From Planctomycetota bacterium (GTDB taxonomy: Bacteria; Planctomycetota; B15-G4; JADJEK01), in the NCBI GenBank assembly GCA_044225365.1, contig JBGAIQ010000044.1, forward strand, positions 1 through 47,909: a stretch of 47,909 bases of DNA, read 5' to 3'. Below are positions 16,413 to 26,845 of the stretch, piece by piece. The notes beneath the pieces are model-generated. The model was not told the origin of the DNA and did no database searches. It worked only from the letters and a program-made list of their open reading frames with translations. How positions within the stretch are numbered: position 1 is the stretch's first letter; each line of letters begins with the position of its first letter. Made by a program: the position numbers and the translations under genes.

Positions 16413-18811
16413 CGGTCTCGCTCGGCGGTCGGGGTGAGGGTGGAGACAGCCCATCTCGCAATTCGGACTATCGAAGACCGAGGGATGGAATCGTCTCGAT
16501 CGTCGAAGCCGAACCGACGCCGGTCGTCGTCATCAGTCCGAACGGCCGGAAGCTGCTCTTCGGTCACTACGAAGCGCTGCCGCCGATCGAGCAGCAGGCC
16601 GAACCGATCCTCGGGCTCGCCGGCGTCCGATTCCGTCCCCGGCTGAACGAATGGCACCGTGCCTACTACTTCACGCGTCTCGAGGTGATGGACATCGAGA
16701 GCGGCGCCAGGACCTGGATCGAGGTGCCCGCGGGCTCGAAGCTCGGTCGACCGTTGTTCTCGTCCGATGCGACGCTCATCGCGTTCACTCGAACGGTCGA
16801 TGACGGCGTCGAACTCTGGGTCGCCGAGGTCGTGAGCGGCCGGGCCCGGCGGATCCTGCCGCCGCGCCTCAACGAAGTGCTCGGGGGGAGCTTCGGCTGG
16901 ATCGCCAACACGCGTGAATTGCTCGTTTTGCTCGTCCCAGAAGGGCGCCCCGCGCCGCCCACGGCGCCGCGGGTCCCGAAGGGCCCCGTGATCGAGGATA
17001 CGGCCGGAAGACTCGCGACGAATCGCACCTTTCAGGACCTGCTGAAGAACGCGCACGACGAGGAACTCTTCGATCACTACTGCACCTCGCAGCTCGCGCG
17101 GGTGACTCTCTCGTCCGATTTCATCGGCGATGCGCAGATCCGGTCGTTCGGTGAGCCCGCGATCTACATCGAGGCGAGTGCGTCGCCGAGCGGGCAGTAT
17201 TGGCTCGTGTGCCGCATCCTTCGCCCGTACTCGTATTCGGTTCCGATCTCCCGGTTCTCGCATACCGTCGAAGTGTGGGACGGGAACGGCTCGATCGTGC
17301 GCGAGATCACGCGATTGCCGCTCGCGGAAGAGGTGCCGATCCAGGGTGTTCCGAAGGGGATGCGCGCCGTGCATTGGCAGCCGCACGAGCCCGCGATGCT
17401 CTGCTACGTCGAAGCGCTCGACGGCGGCGATCCAAAGCGAGCCGCGGAGTTCCGCGACGAGTTGTTCTGCCTCGACTCGCCCACCGCGCAGCCGCGATCG
17501 CTCGGCCGTACGAAGGAGCGGTTCATCGGTCTCGAATGGCTCGAGAAGAAGGCGCTGTATCTCGTCACCGAGTGGGATCGCGATCGGAAGTGGGTGACGA
17601 CGACGCTGCGCGACGCTTCGACGCAGGACGCGCCGATCCGGACGATCTTCGATCGTTCGCAGAACGACCGGTATGGCGATCCGGGCGAACCCGTGATGCG
17701 CCGCAACGCGCAGAACGCGCTCGTCGTGCGCATGGAAGGCGATGCGATCTTCCTCGCCGGCGAGGGCGCGACTCCCGAGGGCGATCTGCCATTTCTCGAT
17801 CGACTCGATCTCGTGACCTTGAAGAAGGACCGACTGTTCCAATCCGAGCGCGAGCGATTCACGAGCTTCGTCCAATTCGCGCCGGACGCCGACGGTCGGC
17901 TCACGCGATACATCGTGCGCCGCGAATCGCCACACGAACCGCCGAACTATCACCTCCGCGAACGCGATGAGACCGCCCTTGCCCGTGAACGCGCGATCAC
18001 ATCGTTTCCCGATCCGCATCCGCAGTTGACCGGCATCGAGAAGGAGTTGCTCACGTATCGCCGCAAGGACGGAGTGACCCTTTCGGGCACCCTCTACTTG
18101 CCGCCGGATCATCGCGAGGGGCAGGTCCATCCGCTCGTGATCTGGGCGTACCCGCTCGAGTACAACGACGTTCACACCGCGGGGCAGGTCAACGCGGCAC
18201 CCAACCGATTCACTCGGCTCTCCGGGATCTCGCCGCTGTTCTTCCTGCTCGAGGGATTCGCCGTGCTCGACGAAGCAACGGTACCGATCGTCGGCGACCC
18301 CGAGACCGTGAACGACACGTTCATCGCGCAATGCGTCGATTCGGCGGCGGCCGCGATCGACGCCGTCTGCGCCAGGGGCGTGGCCGATCGCCATCGCGTC
18401 GCGGTCGGTGGGCACAGCTATGGCGCGTTCATGACGGCGCAGTTGCTCGCCCACTGCGATCTGTTCAAGGCTGGTATCGCCCGCTCGGGCGCATTCAATC
18501 GCACCCTTACTCCGTTTGGCTTCCAGGGCGAACGACGAACGCTGTGGGAGGCGAAGAGCACGTACCTCGCGATGTCGCCGCTGCTCGACGCCGACAAGAT
18601 CAAGGCGCCGCTCTTGCTCATCCACGGGGACATCGACGACAACCCCGGTACGCACACGCTCCAGACGCGGCGGCTGTTCCACGCGCTCTCCGGTCTCGGG
18701 GCCACGGCGCGCATGGTCATCCTGCCGCACGAGGCGCACGGCTACGTCGCGAAGGAATCGGTGCTGCACGTGCTCGCCGAATCGATCGACTGGCTCGCGA
18801 AGTACGTGTGA
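16409..18811 (+). CDS. S9 family serine peptidase (glutamyl endopeptidase / acylaminoacyl peptidase-like)
   Basis: Beta-propeller N-part, WAYPLEY, GGHSYGAFMTA nucleophile, RSGAFNRTLTPFGFQ, IHGDIDDNPGT, EAHGY. Confidence 0.9.
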   Translation: MTVSLGGRGEGGDSPSRNSDYRRPRDGIVSIVEAEPTPVVVISPNGRKLLFGHYEALPPIEQQAEPILGLAGVRFRPRLNEWHRAYYFTRLEVMDIESGARTWIEVPAGSKLGRPLFSSDATLIAFTRTVDDGVELWVAEVVSGRARRILPPRLNEVLGGSFGWIANTRELLVLLVPEGRPAPPTAPRVPKGPVIEDTAGRLATNRTFQDLLKNAHDEELFDHYCTSQLARVTLSSDFIGDAQIRSFGEPAIYIEASASPSGQYWLVCRILRPYSYSVPISRFSHTVEVWDGNGSIVREITRLPLAEEVPIQGVPKGMRAVHWQPHEPAMLCYVEALDGGDPKRAAEFRDELFCLDSPTAQPRSLGRTKERFIGLEWLEKKALYLVTEWDRDRKWVTTTLRDASTQDAPIRTIFDRSQNDRYGDPGEPVMRRNAQNALVVRMEGDAIFLAGEGATPEGDLPFLDRLDLVTLKKDRLFQSERERFTSFVQFAPDADGRLTRYIVRRESPHEPPNYHLRERDETALARERAITSFPDPHPQLTGIEKELLTYRRKDGVTLSGTLYLPPDHREGQVHPLVIWAYPLEYNDVHTAGQVNAAPNRFTRLSGISPLFFLLEGFAVLDEATVPIVGDPETVNDTFIAQCVDSAAAAIDAVCARGVADRHRVAVGGHSYGAFMTAQLLAHCDLFKAGIARSGAFNRTLTPFGFQGERRTLWEAKSTYLAMSPLLDADKIKAPLLLIHGDIDDNPGTHTLQTRRLFHALSGLGATARMVILPHEAHGYVAKESVLHVLAESIDWLAKYV

Positions 18812-18830
18812 ACGAACGCGTCCGGAGCCG

Positions 18831-21575
18831 CTACTTGCTCGCGGGTTCCTGGAATCGAGTCAACGCATCTCGCGCCAGATCCGCGAGAGGGTGATCGGGC
18901 TGTTGGTACGTCGTCGACCAGACGATGATCTCCTCGAGCGTCGCTCGCGACTCTTCCTTGCGACCGAGTTGGAAGAGCACGTAGCTGAGGTCGAGCGCCG
19001 AAGCGTGCGATCGCGGTGAGGCCGGCGGGAATGCCACTTCCTCGATCTTGATGGCCTCGCGCAGCAGGGGTTCCGCCTTCGCGAAGTCGCGGCGCGCCAT
19101 CGCCACGCGCGAGAGTCCTCCGAGGGCCGAGGCGACGCTCGGATGGAGCGGGCCGAGTCCGGCGATCAGGTCGGCGCGACAGCGCTCGTAAAGACTCTCC
19201 GCCTGATCGAGATCTCCGTCTTGCAGCACGAGACGCGCGAGATATCCGCGATCGGTCGCCGCCGCCGGGCTCGACACGCCGAGCAGCTTCTCGTCGATCG
19301 CGAGCGCCCTCTCCAGGAATCGCTTCGCGCCGGCGCGATCTCCGCTCTTCGCCGCGACGAGCGACATACCCTCGAGGACGATCGCGATCTGAGGATCCTC
19401 GTCACCATGCACGGCGGTGAACGCCTCGAGCGATTCGTCGAAGGCGCGCCGCGATGCGGTCGGGTCTTCGTCGACGAGCAGGTATCCGAGCCCCATGGCG
19501 GCCGTGGCGAACTCGATGCCCTTCGCGCATCCGAGGCGATGAAACATCGAGTAGGCGTCCTGCACGTGCTTCTTCGCGTCCTTCGATCCCAGCAAGCGTT
19601 CGACGTTCCCGAGCGCGCTCGATGCCGATGCGACTTCGAAGTGCTCCTCGCCGAAGACGGCACGAGCGCCTGCGAGGCGTTTCTCGAAGTGCTGCGCGGC
19701 CTCTTGCGGCTTGCCTGCCATCGCCGCGAGCGTGCCGAGCTTGCCCTCGAGCGCGGCGAGCATCTCCTTGGAGACGGTCGAATCGTTCTCGGCGCGAGCT
19801 GCTGCGGCCATTGCGATCGGCTGCGCCGTCGCGAAGTCCTCGAACGCCAGGGCCAGATCGATCCGGTCGATGTCCACTTCGATGAGCGCGCGCGTCGGTG
19901 GATCCTCGAGGCGCTCGAAGATCGCTCGTGCTTCGTCGAGCAGCGCGGCCGCTCGCGGGCGGTCATGTCGCAGGATCAACAGATGGCCGAGTTCGCGCAA
20001 CGCGTTGCCGAGCAGGAACGAACTCGGAGCCGACTCGCGCAGGATCGAGCAAGCCTCTTCGAAGCACTTCTCCGCCGCTTGCAGCCCGACGCCGTCGGCG
20101 TTGGTCGAGAAGGCGCTGCCGAGTCCAACCAGTGCCGAGGCGAGGGAAGTCCGGGGCGCATTCGAGGCGCGATAGAGGGCGACGGCGGATTCGAATTCGG
20201 TGATCGCCTGTTCCCGCGCGCCGAGGACCAGATACACGCCCGCGATCGTTCCCTTGAGCCGAGCGCGCGAGTCGGCGTCGCGAGTCGCGAGCACCGCTTC
20301 GATCGGCTTTACGATGCGCGCGAACGACTCGACGTTCGACTCCCCTTTGCGGGCCGCCACCCCCGGCAGGACGACGTCGACGATCGTCTTGAGCAGCGCT
20401 TCGGTGTCGTGCGCCGCATTCGTCGCGGCCTCGGTCGCGAGGAGGGCGCGATCGCGCTCGCGTTCGACTCGCATCGCCTGCACCGCGAAGACGATCGCGG
20501 CGAGGAGCAGGCCGAGAGCGAGCGCGATCCCGATCCCCAGTTCCAGTCGGTGCGTCGTCGCAAGCGACCGAAGGCGCTCCCGCAGCGATGGAGCCCGTGC
20601 GGCGAGCGGTTCGCCGTCGCGAAGCCGGCGCAAGTCGGAATGGAAGGCGTCGACCGACTGGTACCTTCGCTCGGGATTCCGCGCGAGCGCGGCTCGCAGC
20701 AGCGAATCGATCGACGAGGGCAGATCCATGAAGCGTCCGCGCGCGCTCTTCGGGGATTCGGATTCGAGGGAACGGGACAGGCTCTCCAGGCTGCGTCGCC
20801 CGGGATACGGCAGTTCGCCGGTGAGGCACGAGAACAACATCACCCCGAGCGAGAACACGTCGCCGCGCACGTCGCAGTCACCGGTGCCGAAGAAACGCTC
20901 CGGCGGCGCGTAATCGACCGAGCCCGCGAAGATCAACGAGCGGGTGAGGTCGTCGGTGGCGCCGCCCACGGCTCGTGCGAGCCCGAAGTCGCACACCCGT
21001 GGGCGACCGCTCGCGTCGACCAGCACGTTCGAGGGTTTCAGGTCGCGATGGATCACTCCGCGCTGATGCGCATGGCGTACCGCTTCGGTGATCTCGAGGA
21101 AAAGATCGAGCGTCTGCTTCCAATCCTTCGGGCCGGAATTCGCATTCCGCACGTGATCGACGAGAGACCTGCCCTCGACGCACTCCATCACGAGGATCGG
21201 CGAATCGCCGTCCGTGAGACAATCGATCAAGCGCACGATGCCCGGGTGATCGAGACGACGCCAGAGATCGACTTCGCGCTCGATCGCGACGACCGCGCGC
21301 GGATCCGCGGCGAGGGAGCGATGGATGCGTTTCAGCGCGACGATGCGCCCCGTCGTGACCTCGCGCGCGCGATACACGACGCCTTCGCCGCCGCGTCCCA
21401 GTTCGGAGAGCAATCGAAAGCCGAGAAGATCGCCGAGCGGCACGTCGTCGGAGCGATCCCTCGCTTCCCGTGCGTACGAGAGCCAGCGCTCGTCCGTGAG
21501 TCCGTATCCGCGCAGGGCGTCGATCTCATCGGCGAAGTCGTTTCGCGCGTCGATGGGTTCGGGCTCAAGAGGCAT
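18831..21575 (-). CDS. Ser/Thr protein kinase with TM segment and TPR repeats
   Basis: LGRGGEGVVY, VALK, HRDLKPSN, DFGLA, YAPPE; TM; TPR-type repeats (ALAIDEKLLG, GPLHPSVASALGGL). Confidence 0.9.
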   Translation of the reverse strand: MPLEPEPIDARNDFADEIDALRGYGLTDERWLSYAREARDRSDDVPLGDLLGFRLLSELGRGGEGVVYRAREVTTGRIVALKRIHRSLAADPRAVVAIEREVDLWRRLDHPGIVRLIDCLTDGDSPILVMECVEGRSLVDHVRNANSGPKDWKQTLDLFLEITEAVRHAHQRGVIHRDLKPSNVLVDASGRPRVCDFGLARAVGGATDDLTRSLIFAGSVDYAPPERFFGTGDCDVRGDVFSLGVMLFSCLTGELPYPGRRSLESLSRSLESESPKSARGRFMDLPSSIDSLLRAALARNPERRYQSVDAFHSDLRRLRDGEPLAARAPSLRERLRSLATTHRLELGIGIALALGLLLAAIVFAVQAMRVERERDRALLATEAATNAAHDTEALLKTIVDVVLPGVAARKGESNVESFARIVKPIEAVLATRDADSRARLKGTIAGVYLVLGAREQAITEFESAVALYRASNAPRTSLASALVGLGSAFSTNADGVGLQAAEKCFEEACSILRESAPSSFLLGNALRELGHLLILRHDRPRAAALLDEARAIFERLEDPPTRALIEVDIDRIDLALAFEDFATAQPIAMAAAARAENDSTVSKEMLAALEGKLGTLAAMAGKPQEAAQHFEKRLAGARAVFGEEHFEVASASSALGNVERLLGSKDAKKHVQDAYSMFHRLGCAKGIEFATAAMGLGYLLVDEDPTASRRAFDESLEAFTAVHGDEDPQIAIVLEGMSLVAAKSGDRAGAKRFLERALAIDEKLLGVSSPAAATDRGYLARLVLQDGDLDQAESLYERCRADLIAGLGPLHPSVASALGGLSRVAMARRDFAKAEPLLREAIKIEEVAFPPASPRSHASALDLSYVLFQLGRKEESRATLEEIIVWSTTYQQPDHPLADLARDALTRFQEPASK

Positions 21576-22194
21576 CGCCGTGTCCGTCCTCGATTCGAAT
21601 CTGCTCGGCGATCTTCGCTTTCAACCGATCGCGAACGCGCTCCTTGATCTTGCGAACTCCGTCGACGGTCATCGCGCACTCGCGCGCGACGACCTCGATC
21701 GATTCTCCGTCGAGCAGGCGATGGAACGCGGTCATGCTCTCCGCCGCGAAATCGGGTGCGATCGCGGCGAGCGCGAGCTTGAAGTGATGGATCCGCCATT
21801 CACGTTCGAAGATTTCATCGAGGTCGTGATTCTCTTCCGCAGCGTCGGTCGAGATCCCTAGTCCGACGACGGCCGAGGGTGGACGCCGTTTGCGCCGCAA
21901 GATCTCGTTCTTCACGATCCGCGTGAGATAACCGCGAAATCGACCCTTCGAAGGGTCGTACTCGAACGAATGCGCGGCGCGAGAGAACGCGAAGAGGACG
22001 GACTGATAGATGTCGTCGGCGTCGAGTCGCGGTATCGAGCAGCTCCGACAGATCTGCAGCACCAGGGATCGATAGCGCTCGTCGAAGGTTCGCCACGCGT
22101 CCGAGTCACTCGAGTCGGAGAGCCGCAGGAGGAGGGAGCGACGAGTAGCGGGCTCGTCCGCGATCGATCTGGCAGTTTTTTGCGCGTCCATCAT
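21565..22194 (-). CDS. ECF sigma-70 factor, kinase-associated
   Basis: TRRSLLLRL..AWRTFDERY, DADDIYQSV, YDPSKGRFRGYL, region 4 HTH. Overlaps the kinase start by 11 nt. Confidence 0.88.
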   Translation of the reverse strand: MMDAQKTARSIADEPATRRSLLLRLSDSSDSDAWRTFDERYRSLVLQICRSCSIPRLDADDIYQSVLFAFSRAAHSFEYDPSKGRFRGYLTRIVKNEILRRKRRPPSAVVGLGISTDAAEENHDLDEIFEREWRIHHFKLALAAIAPDFAAESMTAFHRLLDGESIEVVARECAMTVDGVRKIKERVRDRLKAKIAEQIRIEDGHGDAS

Positions 22195-22320
22195 CCGTCC
22201 GTACCCGACTAGGACCGATCGGTGACGTAAGGAATCGACGGTCCGATTCGCCGCGATGGGAGGCGACGTCGGATACGATTCACCGTCCGGGTGGCGGGTC
22301 GTGCGTTCGTGGAGGACATC

Positions 22321-23787
22321 ATGAGAACTCGTTCGTGGTGGCTCGGTGTCGCATTCGTCGCCCGAATCGCGTCCGCGCAGACCTATACGGTGGCGGACGC
22401 CGATCCAACGGGACTTCTTCTGAGCGGGTACGCGGTAGCGGCCACCGACGATTCAGTACTCTGCAATGGATCTCCCGCCTCGGCGCCGACCGTCATCTCG
22501 GCCGGTCTCGTCTGTCAACTCGCGACGTGCACGGTGCAGCCCGCGCCATTCGGTTGGATCGAGGCCTACGCCAGGAGCCGAAATCCTTTCGGCACCGTCG
22601 TCGGAACCGGGTCGACCTGGACGACGTTCCCGGTCGTGGTTCTCGAGCATCGTGCGGTGCAGTGGGTTTCAGACCAGCCGATCGATCTCAATCAGTCGCT
22701 GCCCATCGGATCTCCATTCCTTTGGGAATCCGCGAACTCGATCAACTCAGCCGGCGACATCGTGGGAACGGCGATCTTCACCGCGGCATCTGGCGCCAAG
22801 AGTCTCGTCGGTGTCCAGTTCCACCAGGGCGCATTGACGGCGCTCGGTGATCTGCCGGGTGCGGCGTCGGGTTCGGGCGTGACACCGATTCGAATCGACG
22901 ACGATGGTTGGATCATCGGAGACGGCGCCTTCGTAACGGGCTCGCTCGCCACGTCGCACGCCTTCGAGTGGAGCAACGGAGTGTTCCACGATCTCCACGA
23001 CACGAGCGTCCTCCACGGCAAGGCGAGCCATGCGACGGGCGCGAATCGATTCCATCAGATCTGCGGGTACGGGAACTTCTCGGCCACGGCGGGTTCGCCT
23101 TCCCACGCCGTGCTGTGGCAAGGTCCTTCGATCGTCGACCTGGGAACGCTGATGGGCGGAGAGTCGGCTGCGTTCGCGATCAACGATCTCGGCGAGATCG
23201 TGGGACGGTCGTTCGTGCCGGGATCTCCCTTCACGCCGTCGCCGAGTGCGGTCGTGTGGCGAAATGGAGTCCCGATCCAGTTGAACTCACTCCTTCCGGT
23301 GGGGACCGGCTGGACGCTCGAGGAGGCGAACGGCATCGACAACGCGGGTCGAATCGTCGGGCGGGGATGGCGCAATGGGGTGATGCGGCCGTTCGTGCTG
23401 ACGCCCGTGTGCGCGGGCCATTTCTCGAGCTTTGGCGCCGGTTGCGCTCCGGGGGTCGGGGCCGTTCCGGGACTCTTCGCGATCGGCTGCCCGAGTCCTG
23501 GTTCCACGTTCGCTTTGACGATCGACCACGGAACACCGCAGAAGCAGGGAGTCCTTCTCACCGGCATCGGCACGAGCCCGCTCGCCTTCTCGGCGTCGTG
23601 CTCGCTCGCGATCGCGCCGCTGGCGCCGGTCATCGTGCCGATCACGCTGGACTCGGATGGCGATCTCTTCTTGACCGTCCCGCTTCCAACGGGTTTGCCG
23701 ATCGTCGATGTGAACCTCCAGGCGATCCTGCCCGGGTCGAACGGACTCCTCGGTTCGACGAACGCGCTCGCGCTCCATATCGAATGA
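22321..23787 (+). CDS. Secreted HAF-type extracellular-repeat protein with shared C-terminal domain
   Basis: RBS GGAGG, signal peptide, repeats such as [52 protein letters not shown]. Confidence 0.82.
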   Translation: MRTRSWWLGVAFVARIASAQTYTVADADPTGLLLSGYAVAATDDSVLCNGSPASAPTVISAGLVCQLATCTVQPAPFGWIEAYARSRNPFGTVVGTGSTWTTFPVVVLEHRAVQWVSDQPIDLNQSLPIGSPFLWESANSINSAGDIVGTAIFTAASGAKSLVGVQFHQGALTALGDLPGAASGSGVTPIRIDDDGWIIGDGAFVTGSLATSHAFEWSNGVFHDLHDTSVLHGKASHATGANRFHQICGYGNFSATAGSPSHAVLWQGPSIVDLGTLMGGESAAFAINDLGEIVGRSFVPGSPFTPSPSAVVWRNGVPIQLNSLLPVGTGWTLEEANGIDNAGRIVGRGWRNGVMRPFVLTPVCAGHFSSFGAGCAPGVGAVPGLFAIGCPSPGSTFALTIDHGTPQKQGVLLTGIGTSPLAFSASCSLAIAPLAPVIVPITLDSDGDLFLTVPLPTGLPIVDVNLQAILPGSNGLLGSTNALALHIE

Positions 23788-23821
23788 TCACGGAGGGTGC
23801 GCCGATCGCTATCCTCACGGA

Positions 23822-25003
23822 ATGAGCGACGCATACGCACCGCGCCCGTCGGACAAGTTCACGTTCGGATTGTGGACCGTAGGGAACGTCGGGCGCGATC
23901 CGTTCGGCGATGCGACTCGCAGCAAGGTCTCGCCGAACGATCTCGTACGCGGCCTCGCGGAGGTTGGCGCCTGGGGCGTCAACCTGCACGACGACGATCT
24001 GATCCCCTTCGGCTCGAGCGTGGCCGAACGGGATCGAATCGTGAAGGAGTTCAAAGCCGCATTGCGCGACACCGGACTCGTCGTGCCGATGGCGACGACG
24101 AACCTCTTCACGCATCCGGTCTTCAAGGACGGCGCGTTCACCAGCAACGATCCCAAGGTGCGGGCGTTCGCACTGCGCAAGACGCTCGCCGCGATCGATC
24201 TCGGCGTCGAACTCGGCGCATCGATCTACGTATTCTGGGGCGGGCGCGAGGGAATCGAGTCCGATGCCGCTCGCGACCCGCGCGATGCCCTGCACCGCAT
24301 GCGGGAGGCGATGAACTACCTCACGGCGTACGTTCGCGATCAGAACTACGACCTCCGCTTCGCGCTCGAGGCGAAACCGAACGAACCGCGCGGCGATCTC
24401 TATCTGCCGACGACGGGACACATGCTCCATTTCATCTCGACTCTGGAGCATCCCGACATGGTCGGCGTCAATCCCGAAGTCGCGCACGAGACGATGTCGG
24501 GTCTGTCGTTCGTACACGGCGTCGCGCAGGCGATGGATGCGGGCAAACTCTTCCACATCGATCTCAACGGGCAGAAGATCGGTCGCTACGACCAGGACCT
24601 GCGCTTCGGCTCCGAGGATCTGAAGCAGGCGTTCCTGCTCGTCCGTCTGCTCGAGGGCACCGCGGGCCGCGCGCGTTACGAAGGTCCGCGTCACTTCGAT
24701 TCGCACGCCTATCGCACCGAGGATCAGGATGGGGTGTGGGAGTTCGCTCGCGGCAGCATGCGAACCTATCTCCTGCTGAAGGCGCGGGCGCAGGCGTTCG
24801 ATGCCGATCCCGAAGTGAAGTCCCTCATCGCCGAGCAGCGTGATTCCGCGCTCGAAGCACTGACCCGCCGGTATTCGCGCGAGAATGCGAGCAAGCTGCT
24901 CGCGACGCAATTCCAGCCGGACGAGATCTGCAAGCGCGGATTGCGACACGAGCGCATCGATCAGCTCCTGATCGAGCACTTGATGGGAGCGCGCACGCGT
25001 TGA
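23822..25003 (+). CDS. xylA: Xylose isomerase (short, class I)
   Basis: [57 protein letters not shown]; 393 aa. Confidence 0.95.
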   Translation: MSDAYAPRPSDKFTFGLWTVGNVGRDPFGDATRSKVSPNDLVRGLAEVGAWGVNLHDDDLIPFGSSVAERDRIVKEFKAALRDTGLVVPMATTNLFTHPVFKDGAFTSNDPKVRAFALRKTLAAIDLGVELGASIYVFWGGREGIESDAARDPRDALHRMREAMNYLTAYVRDQNYDLRFALEAKPNEPRGDLYLPTTGHMLHFISTLEHPDMVGVNPEVAHETMSGLSFVHGVAQAMDAGKLFHIDLNGQKIGRYDQDLRFGSEDLKQAFLLVRLLEGTAGRARYEGPRHFDSHAYRTEDQDGVWEFARGSMRTYLLLKARAQAFDADPEVKSLIAEQRDSALEALTRRYSRENASKLLATQFQPDEICKRGLRHERIDQLLIEHLMGARTR

Positions 25004-26484
25004 GCGATTCGCTGTACCTCGGGATCGATGTCGGGACGCAGAGCACGAAGGTCCTCCTCGTGGACGTCGAGGGCCGCGAGATCCTCGCTCGGGCGGCTCG
25101 CGCGTATCCTCTGATCGCAGGGCTCCCGCCGGGTGCCGCGGAGCAGCATCCCGACACGTGGATCGATGCACTCTGCGGCGCGGTGCGGGAGATCGCCGCG
25201 ACCCACGGCAAGGATCTAGCGCGGGTCGCGGCGATCGGCGTCTCGGGTCAGCAGCATGGATTCGTTCCGTTGTCCGAAGATCTCTCCGTTCTCCGTCCCG
25301 CGAAGCTCTGGTGCGACACCTCGACGATCGACGAAGCTCGCGATCTCTCCGCGGCGCTCCGTCGCCCCGTTCCGGTCGGCTACACCGCATCGAAGATCCT
25401 GTGGCTGAAACACCACGAACCCGCGAACTTCGGCAAGCTCGCACATGTCCTGTTGCCGCACGACTACGTGAACCTAGAGCTCACGGGCGAACTCACGATG
25501 GAGGCCGGCGATGCATCGGGCACAGGATTCTTCGATCCCGTCCTGCGCGCATTCGATCGTGAAGCGATGCGGGCGATCGATCCCGCGATCGAGTCGATGC
25601 TGCCGAATTTGATCGGACCGTCCGATCCCGCGGGGACTCTGAAACCCACGATGGCCGAACGGCTCGGGTTGCGACCCGGGATCGTCGTGTCCTGCGGCGG
25701 CGGCGACAACATGATGAGCGCGATCGGCTCCGGGGCGACGAAGGATGGCGTCGTCGTCGTGAGTCTCGGAACGTCGGGCACGGTCTTCGCGCACAGTTCG
25801 CGACCGGTGATCGACGACGCAGGGCTCATCGCGCCGTTCTGCGATTCGACGGGTGGGTATCTGCCATTGCTCTGCGTGATGAACGCGACGGGCGTCACCG
25901 AGGAAGTCCGAATCGCGTTCTCGACGCCGTCGAATCCGCTCGATCACGCGACGCTGACGGAAGAAGCTGCTGCAATCGCACCAGGCTGCCTTGGCGTGAC
26001 GTGGTTGCCCTTCCTCAACGGCGAGCGCGTTCCCGATCTGCCTGGTGCGACGGGGACACTACTCGGGCTGCGTCCTGGATCGTTGCGGCGCGGCGTCCTG
26101 TATCGCGCCGCGATCGAAGGCGTCGCGTTCAACCTCGGCCGCGGCGTCGAGCGCATGAAGCGGCTCGGACTCGAAGTCGCGAGAGTTCGCCTCGTCGGCG
26201 GCGCGGCGCGGAACCCCCTCTGGCAGACGATCCTATCCGCGGCCCTCGGAGTTCCGCTCGAAGTGCTCGCCGAGCCCGAGTCCGCGGCGCTCGGCGCGGC
26301 CATCCAAGCCTGTTTCGCGCATCGTCGTCGTTCCGGTGCGTCGATTTCGATATCCGATCTCGCCGAGCCCCTCGCCCGCGTGTCCGGTACGGCAATCATG
26401 CCCTCCACCGAGGCCATTGCCGTCCATCGCGAACTCAAAGAGCGCTTCGCGTCGGCGCTCGCGCGCCTCCACCCCGAGGCCTGA
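25000..26484 (+). CDS. xylB: Xylulokinase (FGGY family)
   Basis: [39 protein letters not shown]. Overlaps the xylA stop. Confidence 0.93.
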   Translation: MSDSLYLGIDVGTQSTKVLLVDVEGREILARAARAYPLIAGLPPGAAEQHPDTWIDALCGAVREIAATHGKDLARVAAIGVSGQQHGFVPLSEDLSVLRPAKLWCDTSTIDEARDLSAALRRPVPVGYTASKILWLKHHEPANFGKLAHVLLPHDYVNLELTGELTMEAGDASGTGFFDPVLRAFDREAMRAIDPAIESMLPNLIGPSDPAGTLKPTMAERLGLRPGIVVSCGGGDNMMSAIGSGATKDGVVVVSLGTSGTVFAHSSRPVIDDAGLIAPFCDSTGGYLPLLCVMNATGVTEEVRIAFSTPSNPLDHATLTEEAAAIAPGCLGVTWLPFLNGERVPDLPGATGTLLGLRPGSLRRGVLYRAAIEGVAFNLGRGVERMKRLGLEVARVRLVGGAARNPLWQTILSAALGVPLEVLAEPESAALGAAIQACFAHRRRSGASISISDLAEPLARVSGTAIMPSTEAIAVHRELKERFASALARLHPEA

Positions 26485-26568
26485 TCGGGAACGGGGTTCC
26501 GCGCCGTCTTCTCGAATCGACGGAACCTTGGGGAAACCTCACCCGTCGGAGCACCCTGGCGGACCGCG

Positions 26569-26577
26569 TGGTATGCT
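26569..26577 (+). promoter_or_regulatory. Extended -10 promoter (TGGTATGCT) upstream of the S8 peptidase
   Basis: Matches the TGnTAnnnT motif seen in several intergenic regions of this window. Confidence 0.45.
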
Positions 26578-26845
26578 TCTCGCGATCCGATGTTCAGGGA
26601 GCGTCCGGCCGGCGCCGGCGTTCGATACGACCTGTCGACCAGCGGAACAGTTCGATGCGCTTTCCACGCGTCCGAATCTGTCTTGCAGTGTTCGGGGGCA
26701 GCGCCTCCGACGATCTGGACGGATGCCCGCAACGTCGCTTCCGCGACGCGTCCTGCGCGCATCGATCCCAGCCCGCCGGTTCGATCGGATTCGATCCCAT
26801 TCCCCGTTCCTTCCATCCCCCGAAGTCCGTGATGAGGAGTCCTCG

